A stretch of 64,000 nucleotides of DNA from Rhizodiscina lignyota (GCA_010015805.1 ML978122.1:2638453-2702452); one strand, 5' to 3'. Counted from the first letter of the stretch, positions 12,440 to 26,122 are shown. Translations and numbers: made by a program. The notes: generated by a model not told the origin, from the sequence alone.

Positions 12440-13775
12440 ATGACTGGTCCAGAAATTCGATTCGCAAAGATCAATATCAGCGGAGAGCGTACGCGCGTTC
12501 GCAAGCAGCACGCGAAGTCAAGAACGGGTTGTGACAGTTGCAAGAAGCGGAAAATCAAATGCGATGAGAAGATTCCAATCTGCTCTGCCTGTGTGAGGAG
12601 AAAAGAGGAATGCATCCGACCTCGAATCCCCGTGGTGGACGATGAGAGGCACCGCGATGCGTCTACTCCAGCATCTCAGACCTCCTCACTGGGCAGTCTT
12701 CCACGCCCGGCGACCAGCCCTGTACCTGCAGTTTCATCTAGTCTAGATATCAACTTCCTGCAGCTACGGCTGTTCCACCACTTTGAAAGTGTCACGGTGG
12801 AAACCCTGGTTCTGGGCTTTGAAGCTTGGAAGAAAGTACTCCCCCTGGCATTCGAGGTACGTTCGGGGAAGAGGGTCCAAAAGAAGGAAGTCTCACGTGA
12901 ATTAACAGTACGAATACCTAATGCATGCGATCCTGATGATGGGTGCCGCCCACCTGTCATATCTGGATCCGACAAACGAAATCTACAAGACTGCCGAACT
13001 GGAGCATCTGTCCAATGCCACTCAAGGCATTCGCACGGGACTGTCATCCGAACTCAGCCAAAGCAGTGCCGAAGCCCTTTTTGCGAGCTGTATCCTCGTC
13101 TACAACCAAACCTGGTCCTCATACGAGTACACGGATTCTGGAGTCTCCGAGAGTCACAACCTGCAGATTGATGCCGATTTTCTACTCCCGCTGGGTGCAG
13201 GACTCAAAGGTGTCATATCAGATACTTTGATCTGGGTTTATATATGGCGATCGAGTATCTTCTCCGAATGCGTGGCGTTTTCTCCGAAGCTCAGTCTGAA
13301 CCAGTGTGCACAGCATACGGTGTATCCGGAGGAGCTGTCGATGTCGTTTGTGGCAGAGTATCTCCGCCTGTGGCCTCAAATCCCGGAAGAGAACAGCTTG
13401 AGTGGTGCTGACACCAGCACCGTTGACAGTGGAAATAGTGATTTCGTTTCATACATGACAGAAGTCACACGACTTATCCCGGTCATATCTGTCCTCAAGT
13501 TGGGCAACTGCGGCATTGATCTAAAGCCCCTTGAGACGGCGATTGTGCGCTATTTGTATAGCTGGCCTGTCCTTATGGGGGGAGCTTTGCAAATGATCAA
13601 AGACAAGAAGGACTGCGTGCAATTGTTGTTTTATCACTACTACAAAGCTGTTGAGGTAGGCGTGCCGGAAAAATATTGGTGGGCGCAGAAGAGAAAGCAC
13701 ATGGCGAAGGCACTCGAGAATGGCCTGAGGGAGAAAGGGATTGTGCCGAACAATTGCTTCCTGGAGAATGATTAG
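12440..13775 (+). CDS. Zn(II)2Cys6 transcription factor, Upc2/Ecm22-like architecture
   Basis: HAKSRTGCDSCKKRKIKCDEKIPICSACVRRKEEC; LRLFHHF; intron 12857-12908 joins to YEYLMHAIL...AAHL. Confidence 0.9.
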
Positions 13776-14193
13776 ACTTGTCGTTTGCACACCTACGTCA
13801 ACATCTTAAATCGAAAAGACGGAACGCATCAAGAGTGGCGTATTTTCGGTTACCGTTCCGGGATGGCGAGGACGCATACCGTGATAAATGCGTTCTTTCG
13901 CTGGAGCTAGACGGGGGCCCTGGCTTAGCGCTCATACCTACAAAACTCTATAGGTCTGTTGTTGTGAGTGAGTGAGTGCACAGTTAGTTTAGAATCCTAG
14001 CGGTGGCTTTTAACCCCTACTAGCTCCAGCGAAAGAACGCATTTATCACGGTACCCAATTAGGTGTACGAGTAGCCCGATCGGGTGTATCTCCGCTGGAT
14101 GTATTTCCATGGCTACTTCACGTCAATGTCTGCGCGACACCTCCAACTGAAGATCATGCTCCTAACTCAGTCTTGATCTCGACTCTACAAACA

Positions 14194-17100
14194 ATGACCA
14201 AGTCTCCCACGAAAGGACCAATCAAGATGCCGGAGTCAAAGAAGAATGAGTTCGAAGACGTGCCTACTGTCGAGCGGGAAGTCATTGAGAAGCAAATAGC
14301 TTCTCCATCGACCAAAGTTTCATACTTGACACTGTACCGATATGCTACGAAGCTTGACCTTCTCGGCCTCCTTCTTGCCATGACACTTGCTGCAGCAGGT
14401 GGAGCGATTCTTCCAGGTCTCACAGTAAGTATCCCCGTTGAGATAAGTGCCTGGTTTTAACTTTTCATCAGATTCTGTTCGGCAGTCTCACATCGTCTTT
14501 CAGAGACTTCACCGTCGGCACATCGTCAATTAGCGAAGCACGAAATGAGATCAATAGGTACTCACTGTACCTGTTCTATCTTGCGATCGGCGAGTTCTTT
14601 GCGATTTTCCTCTCCACCGCACTATTCACTTCCATCGGCGAACATATCACCATCCGCACCCGGGAGAATTATCTCAAGGCTATCTTGCGACAGAATATCG
14701 CTTACTTTGAGAATGTGGGTGCCGGTGAAGTCAGCACGAGAATCTCCTCGGACATCAATCTGATCCAAGACGGCATCTCAGAAAAGGTGGCTATGATCAT
14801 TTCTGCTATTGCAGCTTTTGTGGCAGCTCTCATCATCTCCTTCTACAAATCCTGGAAACTGAGCTTAATTGTACTATCGACTACCATTGCCATTGTTCTC
14901 GCAATTGGTGTCGGCGGTAAATTGACGATCAAATTCAAGTCCACCGCTCTCAAAACCGAGGCGGCAGCCAGCAACGTCGCTGAAGAGACTGTGGCCTCGA
15001 TCCGCACAACCACTGCCTTCGGAGTCCAGGAAACAATGGCAAAGCGATACAATGATCACCTCAATAGTGCAGAGAGCTGGGGGTTTCGAATGCGTTCTGC
15101 TAGTGGTGTTATGTTGGGTGTCGTCACTGCAATCATCTACATGGAGCACGCTTTGTCATTCTGGCAAGGCTCACGTTTTCTCGTTGACGGCCAGATTTCC
15201 CTGTCGGCCGTTATCACCATCCAGATCGCCATCATGATGGCGGGAGCTTATCTAGCGCAGATGTTACCACACTTGGGCGCATTATCTACTGCGTTGGCCG
15301 CTGGAAGCAAGGTATTCCACACGATTGATCGCAAGTCGCCTATTGATCCGTTTGAAGGAAGTGGAATGAAGCCTTCAGAGGTCAAAGGAATACTTGAATT
15401 TCACGATGTCAAGTTCCTCTATCCGTCAAGGTCAGAGCCAGTCTTTGAAGATCTCTCCTTTACCATGCCTGCAGGCAGGGTCACAGCCTTTGTTGGCCCT
15501 TCTGGTTGTGGAAAGTCGACAATCGTGAGCCTTATGCAGCGTTTTTACCTGCCAGTCTCTGGTAGTATCACCCTCGACGGGAATGACATCTCCGAGCTGA
15601 ATATACGGTGGTTGCGACAACACATGTCTTTAGTCAGTCAGGAGCCAATTCTGTTCAGTGGTACAGTCTTTGAGAACATTGAAGCGGGACTCATTGGCAC
15701 TGAGCACGAGCACGTAAGTTCAGCAAACCAATTCTTCTGTTCCATATATACTTACAATATCTAGAAAACCGATGAAGAAAAGGTGGAGCTTGTCATTCAG
15801 GCCGCCAAGACATCCAATGCGCACGACTTTATCTCCGCAATGCCCTCGGGTTACCAAACCCAAGTCGGAGACAGAGGATTTTTATTTTCAGGTGGCCAGA
15901 AACAGCGAATTGCGATTGCACGCGCAATCATTTCAGACCCAAAGATTCTTCTTCTGGACGAAGCCACATCAGCACTTGACAGCAAGTCCGAGGGCATCGT
16001 GCAAGAAGCTATCCAGAAAGCCTCGGTTGGACGAACAACTATGATTATTGCCCATAGACTGTCGACGATCGAGAATGCCGACAATATCATTGTGCTGAAT
16101 AAGGGTGAGATTGTGGAGCACGGAACTCATCACCAGCTCATTGAGAAGGGAGGAGTCTACTTTGATCTCGTGCAAGCTCAGTCATTGAGTCAAAAGAACG
16201 AAAAGAATGAAGAGCTTGGATTTGACGAAACGACTAAGGAAACCACTGATCTGCCGCTGAAATCCACGGATAGCCCTCTCACCAGGTCTTTAACTGGAGA
16301 TGCTGGTCTTGAAAAACAGATCTCTAATGCTGATGCCCGGCCCAGCCAGGAACCTTCGTCTCGCACGTCTTTCCGTGAACTGATTATATTCATGTGGTCA
16401 CTCAATCGCAACGAAAAGGGAGTACTCCTCATCGGCACCGTTTTCTCGATCCTCTCGGGAGCCAACCAACCGGTTCGTGGGATTCTCTTCGGACATTCTA
16501 TAATGGCACTATCTCTCTCGCCTAGCCAAAGCGCGAAGATCCGACACGATAGCAATTTCTGGTCTGCGATGTTCCTCATGTTGGCTCTTGTGCAGATGTT
16601 TGCGCTCAGTGGTCAAGGTATTGCGTTCGCTTTATCTTCAGAAAGACTCATACAACGAGCAAAGTCGAAGGCCTTCCGCAGTATTCTAAGGCAGGACATT
16701 GCGTTCTTTGATAAGAAAGAAAATTCAGCTGGAAGTTTGACGGCTTTGCTGAGCAGAGAAGCTAATCGAATTGCTGGGCTGAGTGGCGCTACACTGGGTG
16801 CCGTTATGGTGTTTCTTACAACCGTTCTGGGCTCCATCGGCATAGCGCTCGGCTTTGGCTGGAAGCTGAGTCTCGTCTGCATGTCGATAATGCCTGTCCT
16901 TGTTGCCTGCGGCTTCCTGAGAGTTTGGGTCATGGCACAGTTCCAGAAAAGGGTCGGTCGCACGACGGATGCTGCAGCTTTTGCGTGTGAGGCTACCGCC
17001 GCTATCCGAACAGTCGCATCTTTGACACTCGAAGAACGGATGCTCCAGCAATATCACGACCTACTTGTTACTGAAGCTCTTCGCAGTGCCAAATTTTACC

Positions 17101-18236
17101 TTCGCTCTTCGGCAGCATATGCCCTCTCGCAAGCGATCATGTTCGCAGCCTCAGCTCTGGGATTCTGGTACGGTGGCCATTTGATTGCAGATGGGGAGTA
17201 CAGCATCCTGGACTTCTTTATCTGCTTTACGGAGACTCTGTTTGGAGCTCAAGCAGCTGGCAATATTGTCTCATTCGCACCTGAACTGGGCTCTGGGAGA
17301 GGTGCTGCGGAACGATTCAAGGAAGTCATCGAGACGCAGCCGCGGATCGACTCCTGGTCTGATTCTGGCAGGAGCATTAGCGAGGTTCAAGGCCGGATCC
17401 AGTTCCAAAATGTCCACTTCCGATATCCAGAGAGACCTACACAGCGTGTGCTTACCGGTCTGAGCTTTGCGGCCGCACCTGGTCAATTCGTGGCGCTTGT
17501 AGGGGCTAGCGGCTGCGGGAAATCAACAGCATTAGCTCTCATCGAGCGCTTCTATGACCCGAGGGCTGGCGTCATCACGCTCGATGGCGAGGATATTTCA
17601 TCATTGAACATATCACAATACCGACAGCAACTAGCTCTCGTGAGTCAGGACACCACTTTGTACAGTGGAACGATCAAAGAGAATCTGTGCTTCGATCTCG
17701 ATGACGTCGACGAAACGAAACTGCATGAGGCTTGCAAGGGTGCCAACATCCTGGACTTTATCGTACGCGCTTCTGAGGTTTCAAAAGGTTCGGTCGCTAA
17801 CTGCATCGTAGATGTCGCTCCCTGAAAGCTTCAACACTCTGGTCGGACCGAAGGGAAGCTCTCTGTCAGGAGGCCAGCGACAGCGACTTGCAATCGCGCG
17901 GGCTCTGTTGCGCGACCCGAAAATTCTGTAAGTGGGACCACCACTTTGAATCAACCACTTCGCTGACCTCTCCCTTCCAGTCTGCTTGACGAAGCGACAT
18001 CGGCCCTCGACACTGCCTCGGAGAAAGTTGTCGAAGAGGCGCTCCAGAACGCGGCCAAAGGCCGGACCACGATTGCTATTGCACATCGACTCAGCAGCAT
18101 CTATCACGCCGACGCCATCTACGTTATGGAGGAAGGTCATGTTATTGAAAGTGGTACTCATGAGCACTTGATGGCGAAGCAGAGGGTGTATTGGGATATG
18201 GTGAAGTTGCAGGGGTTGAATTTTGACAAACATTAG
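14194..18236 (+). CDS. Full-length ABCB (MDR1/P-glycoprotein-like) multidrug transporter
   Basis: TMD-NBD-TMD-NBD layout; Walker A GPSGCGKS and GASGCGKS; signatures FSGGQKQR and [19 protein letters not shown] twice; introns 14425-14471, 15714-15764, 17763-17811 and 17928-17980. Confidence 0.95.
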
Positions 18237-18999
18237 ACTGGATGGCATATTCTGGGTGTTCCCGACCTCTTCCTTTTATCCTCGTTGTATTAATACCCCT
18301 CGGTTGTCCACACTGTCACTTGCACGCTCTGATTCTCGTGAGGAATAATTGGTAGTATCAGCGTTTCAGCGGATTTCCTTTGTCTGAATGTAGATCGTTC
18401 GTCAATAACTCCACTTTACCCTACTGGGTCTCTATTAATCAATTGTCTTTGCAACCTGATTCACCGCAACTCGGGTATATGACCTGATTAAGGATCCGGC
18501 ACATTCGCAGCGTTGGTTTGTAGCTGTATTTAGGGGAGCATTGCGAGCGGGGGAGAATTGCCATTATTGTTACTATTTAAGTTACTGCTCTTTATTTCTA
18601 GAGTCATTGCGACTCCCCACCGTGCGTACGTGTCTCTATCGGGCAGTCGGGCTGGCTGGTGTCCTTGCATCTATCGACTCAAGTCGAAACATCCTTCCAC
18701 TCACCTAAAAACAGGGTTGACCATCATGTCAAGGTGAGCGATGAAAATTGTTTCAACTTCATGTGATACAAATAGCCCCTCATCTGCGTTTAGCCTGTAT
18801 GTACTCCGTTGGTGTGAGAGTGTGTGTATCCCTCTGACGAGGGAGAAGAGGTTGGTTGTAGTGCTTATCTCATATCTGCCAATTGGGTAGTTACATTATC
18901 CTAGTTTGTATACACGCAGTTTTAAGTTCGTCCGCACATTGAGTAAATCGCAAATCCCATATCTCTCAATCACTTCTTCACTAAGCTAATTTCTTCTTC

Positions 19000-19822
19000 A
19001 TGGCTTCAATCACTTCCAACAAGCCTATCATCATATTCGTGCCTGGAGCATGGCACATTCCGTGGCATTACTCAGCAGTCATGGGACTATTGATCGCCGC
19101 AGGTTACGACGCAAAGAGCCTGGAACTTCCCTCCGTTGGCACAGGTCCACCCGTTCAGTCCTTTGACGCCGATGTGGCTGCCGTTCGAGCCCTCGTGCTA
19201 CTTGAGATTGAGAAAGGCCGGGATGTGATCGTTGTGGCGCATTCTTACGGCGGAGCACCCACTTCGGAGGCATTGAAAGGGACTGGAACGAAAGATAGAG
19301 AGGCGAAGGGTAGGAGAGGGGCCGTAGTCGGAATCGTATTTATGGCGGCTTTTGTGCTCAGAGTTGGTGAAAGTGTTGTCGATCCGAATAACGAGCCCGC
19401 TCACTTTAACCGCAACGTGAGCTTTCAGACGCGGAGATGATGTTTCTTGTGCGTTCAGCTGAATCATCCAGGGTCAACCAAGCTTTCTCCTGCCAGACGT
19501 AGCTGGCAAGTTCTATTTCGATTGCGACCCCGAAGTTGCGAGGACATTTGCTGCAGCGTGCAAGCCCTTTTCCTTTGCTGCGTCGACGTCACCAATTAGC
19601 TATGCTGCGTGGCAGGATATACCGAGTTGGTACATCTATCCTGTCCTGGACAAAGGTCTATCAACGAAAGCAGTTGAAGAAGACATTGGAAAGTATATGA
19701 AAGAAATCTTCAAGATCAACGCCGCTCACAGTCCATTTGCATCGGCGCCAGACGCGGTAGTCAGCATCATCAGAAAGGTAGCAGGGGAGACGATAGATCT
19801 AAAACCGTATCTGGTGAGCTAG
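19000..19822 (+). CDS. Alpha/beta-hydrolase (Abhydrolase_6, methylesterase-like)
   Basis: VPGAWH oxyanion motif, nucleophile elbow AHSYGG, C-terminal AAHSPF; intron 19417-19471. Confidence 0.9.
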
Positions 19823-20822
19823 ATACAGAGAATTCCCGTATCGATGCGTATATCTCTAGTGAAAAGACACCTACTTGGTCTATTTAGGGGGTATTAGCAA
19901 AAATTCCTCCGTAGCTTACTATTCAAGGCAAAGCGTGTGGCTTCGCGCTAGCAGGCATGTGAACCGCTCTCTTCACGTGGTCTTTACGATACCTCGCCAA
20001 CTCTGGCTTCTGAGGGAACCGTTCTCCGGCTGTCTCTTCTTCACCAGCGAGCCCATGTCGACTCTTCAACGAGTAGGAACCATGGCCGTATCGTACCCAT
20101 ACCCAACGACGCAACATACCCCCCGATTCGGTGACTGTCTCCCTTTCTCTGGAGCCCACAAGCTTCGGTTTACGCTGTCCACTGCACAATCGCGATCCGG
20201 ACTACATTCAAGCCTTCAGTTGCACTTGTTTGCTCCCGGATGAAGTCTTTGCAGGTCAACAGTATCATATTCCGTTTCAGGTCTCACGTCCACCACCTTT
20301 CTCACAAACCACTGCGTAGTGCAGGCAACAAGTTCACCAAGTTGGCAGTCTTCCCAGTTTGAGCACTTCAAAGGCCATGAGCGCAACTGGTTGAGCCATT
20401 CTTCCGGTACCTACTACTTTCGAGAATTAGGGCCAACAGTATCTTCTAAAGTGAAATGACTCACGAAGATGAGATATCAACCTTCTCAACAAGACTTCAA
20501 CCTCACCCCCACAGCGTTAGAATTCATTTGACGACAGACAGTAGACAGATGCGTGCATGATTCATGCTTTGCAGACGCCTCATTGTCTGGCACCGTGCCG
20601 AACAGTAAATTTTCCCTGCGAAAATCATGCTACCTACACACAGACACATCGAGAGCCAAAAAAGCCATGGCACTCTCCAACTTCCATGGACAAGAGCCTA
20701 CAGCCATCGCCGCCACCGATATACTTAGCTCCAGCCTAGATCGAGGGGCCGTAGCAGCCCTCCAGGCTCGCTCTGCGAACCTGTGCCATTGACGGGCCCA
20801 CTACGGTCTGGATCCATCCAGT

Positions 20823-20989
20823 GATCAACCGAGAATCTCCAGCAATGACTCTGTATGAATGGCAACTCCCATTACTACGGCCTTCTGCGGCTATATTATT
20901 CATTGTGGTGCAATATTGATCTACCGAAAAACTCCGGCAGTGTCTCTGTAGTAATGACAACTCCCACTACTGCGGCCTTTTGCGGCTAT
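20823..20989 (+). repeat. Diverged ~72-bp direct repeat (two copies, 95-bp period) upstream of the sugar transporter
   Basis: 20823-20894 vs 20918-20989; the 3' 46 bp match at 40 of 46 positions; each copy has CGG-N7-CGG. Confidence 0.85.
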
Positions 20990-21011
20990 CTCGTCTAACC
21001 CAGCAAGTTGT

Positions 21012-21055
21012 CTTTGCCCCAGCTTTGCCCCAGCTTTACCCCAGCTTTACCCCGC
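21012..21055 (+). promoter_or_regulatory. Four 11-bp tandem units, each containing a CreA/Cre1 consensus site on the minus strand
   Basis: CTTTGCCCCAG, CTTTGCCCCAG, CTTTACCCCAG, CTTTACCCCGC; CCCCAG and CCCCGC are reverse complements of SYGGRG; about 240 bp before the transporter ATG. Confidence 0.65.
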
Positions 21056-21294
21056 AAAATCTGTGGCGTCCAATTGTGATCAGCACTATATCCCCGGCCT
21101 ATCACAACAAGAGAACTCACTGTTGCTGTACTGGGATAAGAGGCCACTGCAGCAAAGCACTGTTAAGTTCCGTTACCTCGGGCTTGATACAATCAGGACA
21201 AAAGAATAGTTCTACAACATTTATAGATCCTTTACTTTCTACGCCCTTTTCATTTCACGAAGCAAGGTGAAACGCAGAGGCAAAGTGTCGCAAG

Positions 21295-23038
21295 ATGACA
21301 CACTTCAACAAGTGAGTTATGCTCTTGAACGTACTATTCTTATTGTTGCAGTTCTCCGGCTAACTAAGTAATAGATTTAACGTATACTCTATCTGCATCC
21401 TCTCGTTTGGATCTTTCTTCTACGGTTATGACTCTGGCCTCACCACCTCCATCATAGGATATCCCCAATTCATTTCTTATTTCAGCTTCAATGCCACGAC
21501 CATTGGAGCTTTGGGATCATGCTATTATGCGGGCAGCTTCTTCGGTTCTGGAATGAACTTCTGGCTTCCGGATCGATATGGTCGAAAGCCAACAATCTAC
21601 ATCGCCTGTGTTATGTAAGTTCCTGATTTCTTGTCAGTTGTGCGAGGAATGCTAACCTTGATCAGCGCTATAGTGGGTGCCATCCTGCAGACTGCTGCTC
21701 AAAACATCGAGATGCTTTTCGTTGGGCGTGTCATTGGCGGCATAGCTTCCGGTATCATCTTCGGTGTCTGTCCAATGTTCATGTCAGAAATTTCGCCACC
21801 AGAATTCCGCGGTAGAGTTGGTGGGCTTTACAACTTTAACATCAATCTTGGTTATACATGTAAGTCTTTTCATTAATCTTTTATTCATCTCTCTGTACGC
21901 TAAAATTTATGCCAGTGACCGAGTGGATGGGTCTCGGATTCAGTTACATTACCTCTGATGTCGCCTGGCGATTATTCTTGGGTCTACAACACTGTCCGCC
22001 AATTCTCATGGCTGCCTTCACTCCTTTGCTACCAGAATCGCCCAGATTCCTTATCATGAAAGGACGCTATGATGAAGCCCTGGACGTTATTAAGAAACTT
22101 CACGGCGGTGCTCCAGGACAGGATGACGACTTTTATATTCGTGAATTCAATCAGATCAAGGCACAACATGAACTCGAAGTCCGTGAACGAGTGGGCCTTC
22201 TCACCGTTCTGCGAAGACCATCCTACCGCAAGCGAATGTTCATCGTTGTGTTCCAGTTCGCCTTCGCTATGTTTACTGGTATCATCCCACTCCAGAACTA
22301 TCAATTCATCTTGTACACCTATCTTGGTGTCACCAATAAGATTGCACTTGTGATGGTCGGAGTTTGGGGGACTTGTGGGACCATATTCTGCACCATCGGT
22401 GCTTTGTCGTTTGATAAGCTTGGCCGAAGAAAGGCTTTGCTCATATCTCTTTGGGTACAGTTCCTAGCATCCATCGCCATGGTTATCTGTAAGTTCTTGC
22501 TCATCGGCCTGGATCCGTACCTGAGCCCCGTAACTGACAGAGTGTAGTCTGGGCAAGATTCGAACTTTCAGGCAACACCAATCTGCTTCTCGGACGCTTT
22601 ACTGTTGGCTTCATGTTTCTTTACCTTGTTGGCTATGCCTTTATCATGAACGCCTTCGGATACACGTACCCATCCGAGATCATGCCAACGCCCATCCGAG
22701 CCGCTGGCAACGCTGTGGCTTTCTGTACATTCAACGCCATCACAATCATGTTGGTCCAAGTCACGCCGATCGCCATCGAGCATATCGCTTGGAAGTACTT
22801 CCTCATTTTTGTCATCTGCGACTCCATCTTCATTACCGTGGTCTACTTGGTGTACCCAGAGACTGTGGGCAGGACTTTGGAAGAAATTGCAGCCTTGTTC
22901 GGTGATGATGTGGCTGTCGACATCAGAGACGCACATCATTACCCGGATACCAAGACTCTCTCAGATGAAAAGACTGATAGCGCAGTTACCCACGTCGAAA
23001 GAGTGGAGGACACTGGTACGGATCATCTCGCCCGCTAG
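21295..23038 (+). CDS. MFS sugar porter family transporter (multi-exon)
   Basis: FYGYDSG, PDRYGRK, GRVIGG, SEISPPEFRG, PESPRFL, DKLGRR, YPSEIMPT..RAAG, PETVGRTLEEI; short first exon with intron 21312-21374 and further GT-AG introns. Confidence 0.93.
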
Positions 23039-23293
23039 GATCAGCTTGCAGCAACGTTTAGTGGTGATTGAGCTGGATTCGAGCTGTCTGGTCTTGTCTT
23101 GGTGATGATCACTACGGTTCGCGAGCTTCACGAAAAGAGAGGTACAGGCGATGGATAAATAAGAGATGTGGCTTGATGATCAGTATTACTGCGACGTATC
23201 GAATTACTAGGCTAAGAAACTCTATCGCCGAGTGTGGGTCTTTCCCAGCAACATATTTGGATTCTTCAACCTCGTCTGTCTCATTCCTAGCTG

Positions 23294-24681
23294 TCAATTA
23301 ATTCCAGCGCTTGCGTTCTGTCGCCACTCCAAAATTTTCGAGTACTTCTTCGTGACAGCTCTCTTCCCAAGGCCCGACCTCCCAGTCAGTTTGTTTTCAT
23401 CGATGCTGAAGCAGTCCTCAGTGCTATGTTTGTTCTTATCATTTCGATAACTACCGCTCCCGTGGCACAGAGGAGTCAGCTTGCGCGTGTCCATGTCGCA
23501 ATACATGCCTTCCACGAGAGATACAAAGTCAGGTCCCCGAGAGTGATCCGACATGCACAGATCTGTCGCATTGTGACTCCATATATCGCTGCGGACGAGA
23601 CGTATGTCTTTCTTTTCGGCAGCGCGCTTCTTGGTGCAACTTTTGGTACCGGGCCCTCCTGGAGGGATGTTTTTGATCGGACCTGGGGAAATAATCCCAT
23701 TCCCTGGGACACCGCTTGGGTTTACGAAGTGTGCAGGGTCGACGCCCCACCAAATGTGATGGAGACAAGTATCTTCCACGTTTTGGTTCAGGACGGTCTG
23801 AACATAATCGACGTCTACGATAATGGTCCCGATGCGATGGCCACAAGTATGGTCGTTATCCAACCATCCGCAGTACGGGAACCATGGACGTTTGGATTGG
23901 GCATCAGTGCCTGGCTTGAACTGGCCCGCCTGGTATGACCACAGTTAGTGTTGCTCTCGCAGAAGAATGTGTGGCGGGAATAGGACTCATGCACTCCTTG
24001 ATGTTCTGCCTCTAGCTTCGACCAAAGAGATGAGATTATGAGGAGCAGCTGAGACAAACAAGATTTGGCTTACTTGTCTGTTTCCATAGTACCATTCATT
24101 CCACGGGCTTCCGAACAAATCTTTTACTTTGCATATGTAAAACCTGTCATAAGTTAGCATTACTTCTCTCCATACTTGGCCAAGCAAGCTAACCAGTCTC
24201 CCGGGAAGATATACTGGCTACCATCCGGCCAGGTAGCCGTGAACCACGAAATACACACGCCGTTATCTCCGCCCACAATCTGTATGTAGGACATATCTTT
24301 GCCTCCAGCAGTGCTCAATGTGACATCGGTCGTACCACCCGCCTGGAGGGAGAATTTGGGAGTCTCATCTGTGATTGGATCCTTCTTTTCGTCATAGGCC
24401 ATGACATTGAAAATGTTCCCATCCGGATCCTGATTTGCTGCAAAAGGTTGCGGAGCGGAGGTTTGGTAGGTGTTGGGGTTAATGTAAGAATTGGTGGCGA
24501 AGCCAGCCGCTACTTGCACCTACAAAACCAATATTAGCAATCCGAAAAGATACCGCGAGTCATAGAGAGTCACCGTTCCAGATGGGGTATGTATTGGGCC
24601 GCTCGGAAAATTGCTCTCAGCGAATGCAAGGAAGCCGAGAACTGAATTAACAAGCCCGACAACGTCTACAAAATTAGACAT
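23294..24681 (-). CDS. Uncharacterised Cys-containing fungal protein (multi-exon), secreted-type family
   Basis: GT-AG spliced model MSNFVDVVGLVNSVLGFLAF...GVCISWF...WPDG...WYYG...CGWLDNDH...SHNATDLC.S..S.GPDFVS..EG.YCDM.T..L.PLC; intron 24520-24573 is clear; KR dibasic sites present. Confidence 0.75.
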
Positions 24682-26122
24682 GGTGACAAGGTTACTGTTT
24701 CCCTGATAGTTCTGCGCAAATCCAACTAGAATTGAACAAGACTAGATGAGATGGGGAAGTAAACCCAGAAGAAGGCTGAAAAGGGTTGTGAGATTTGAAG
24801 AAGCCTAATTTGCATCCATCTGACACCTTTGAACGGCTGTAAATACTCATGTAGAAGCCCCTACGACATGCTGTGCCGCTCGCGGTGACGCGGATTCTGC
24901 ACGATTTATCGAAAGAAAGGCATGTGAAACTACTAAACGAAGAGATCGGTGAATATAGCCAGAGGGTATCAAATGGTTGATCGAGGCCCCCCATTCCCCC
25001 TTGTCCTCTCTATCTGTAAACCATGGGACTGAGGTGCCACATTCCACTCTTTCAAAGCCAGACATCGAGACCACGGATTGTGCAATATCATTTTAATGAC
25101 AAGAATATAATAAGAACTAGTGACATGATTTTGGGAATGTAATAGAGTATTCAGTATGTAATGGTGCCTTCGAATATCAGAGCAACCCGCAAAAGTATGA
25201 TCGAGGGGTGATGGATCTGATTGTCACTGCACTTGAGCGGCGCCTGACCAAGCCAAATAAGGATGAGACTGGGACATGGTTAGATAGAAGACTATTATCG
25301 AATAGAGCACATCCATTACACGGCGGGTTGTAAACGCATTTTCCGAGCTGATGTCGATTAGTGACAAGAATGATTCGAAGCGTCAAATGCAGAATTCCGG
25401 GGGCCTACAGTAGCATATGACATTCTAAATTAATTGTTCCTTGGGGCCATGATGAGCGATTTACTATTCCAAGTTGGATGCGTAGAACGGCCGACGAGAA
25501 CGGACACAGCAAGTGAGGCTGCGACCCCGAGAGGAAATCGCGCAATCACTTCACGCGTATGAGATGACGTCTCTACGCTCAAGGTCAACTAAGATTGATA
25601 AAGCTATAGAATTGTTAACCAGAGTTGACAGGAATATGAGAGTAGGAGGTAAGGAATCCAATAATAAAATCGTCACTTTTTTGCTAAGACAAACATGCAC
25701 TTCTTCGCCTACCGGTGCGGTGTGCCCGGCGGCACAGTCTGTCTCAAACAACACTCACTTTCCAATCAACACGCGAAGTCACTCTCGTGGGCAATTTCAA
25801 GCACTTTGACACTTATTTTGGAGATGGAGTGGTGGAGATCGGTTAGACGAGGTTACACAACACATACGACCAACGACCATGTGCCACAATCTTGCATTTT
25901 GCTTGCTGTGCCGCAGGGCTACATAACAGCGAAGTCCAATACGATGCGCAGACCCAGAAGCTTTGCAAAACAGGTCATAATGTAGAGAATGTCTTAAACC
26001 ATATCGGCCTTGCTTGTTCAAAAGATGACTAACCTGACTGCATCTATCTCTCAAGTCGTATTTCACTCCCAGCATCTGGAATTCAGCATTGCACCTTGTG
26101 CACCTCCTGCCCACGGTCAGCC

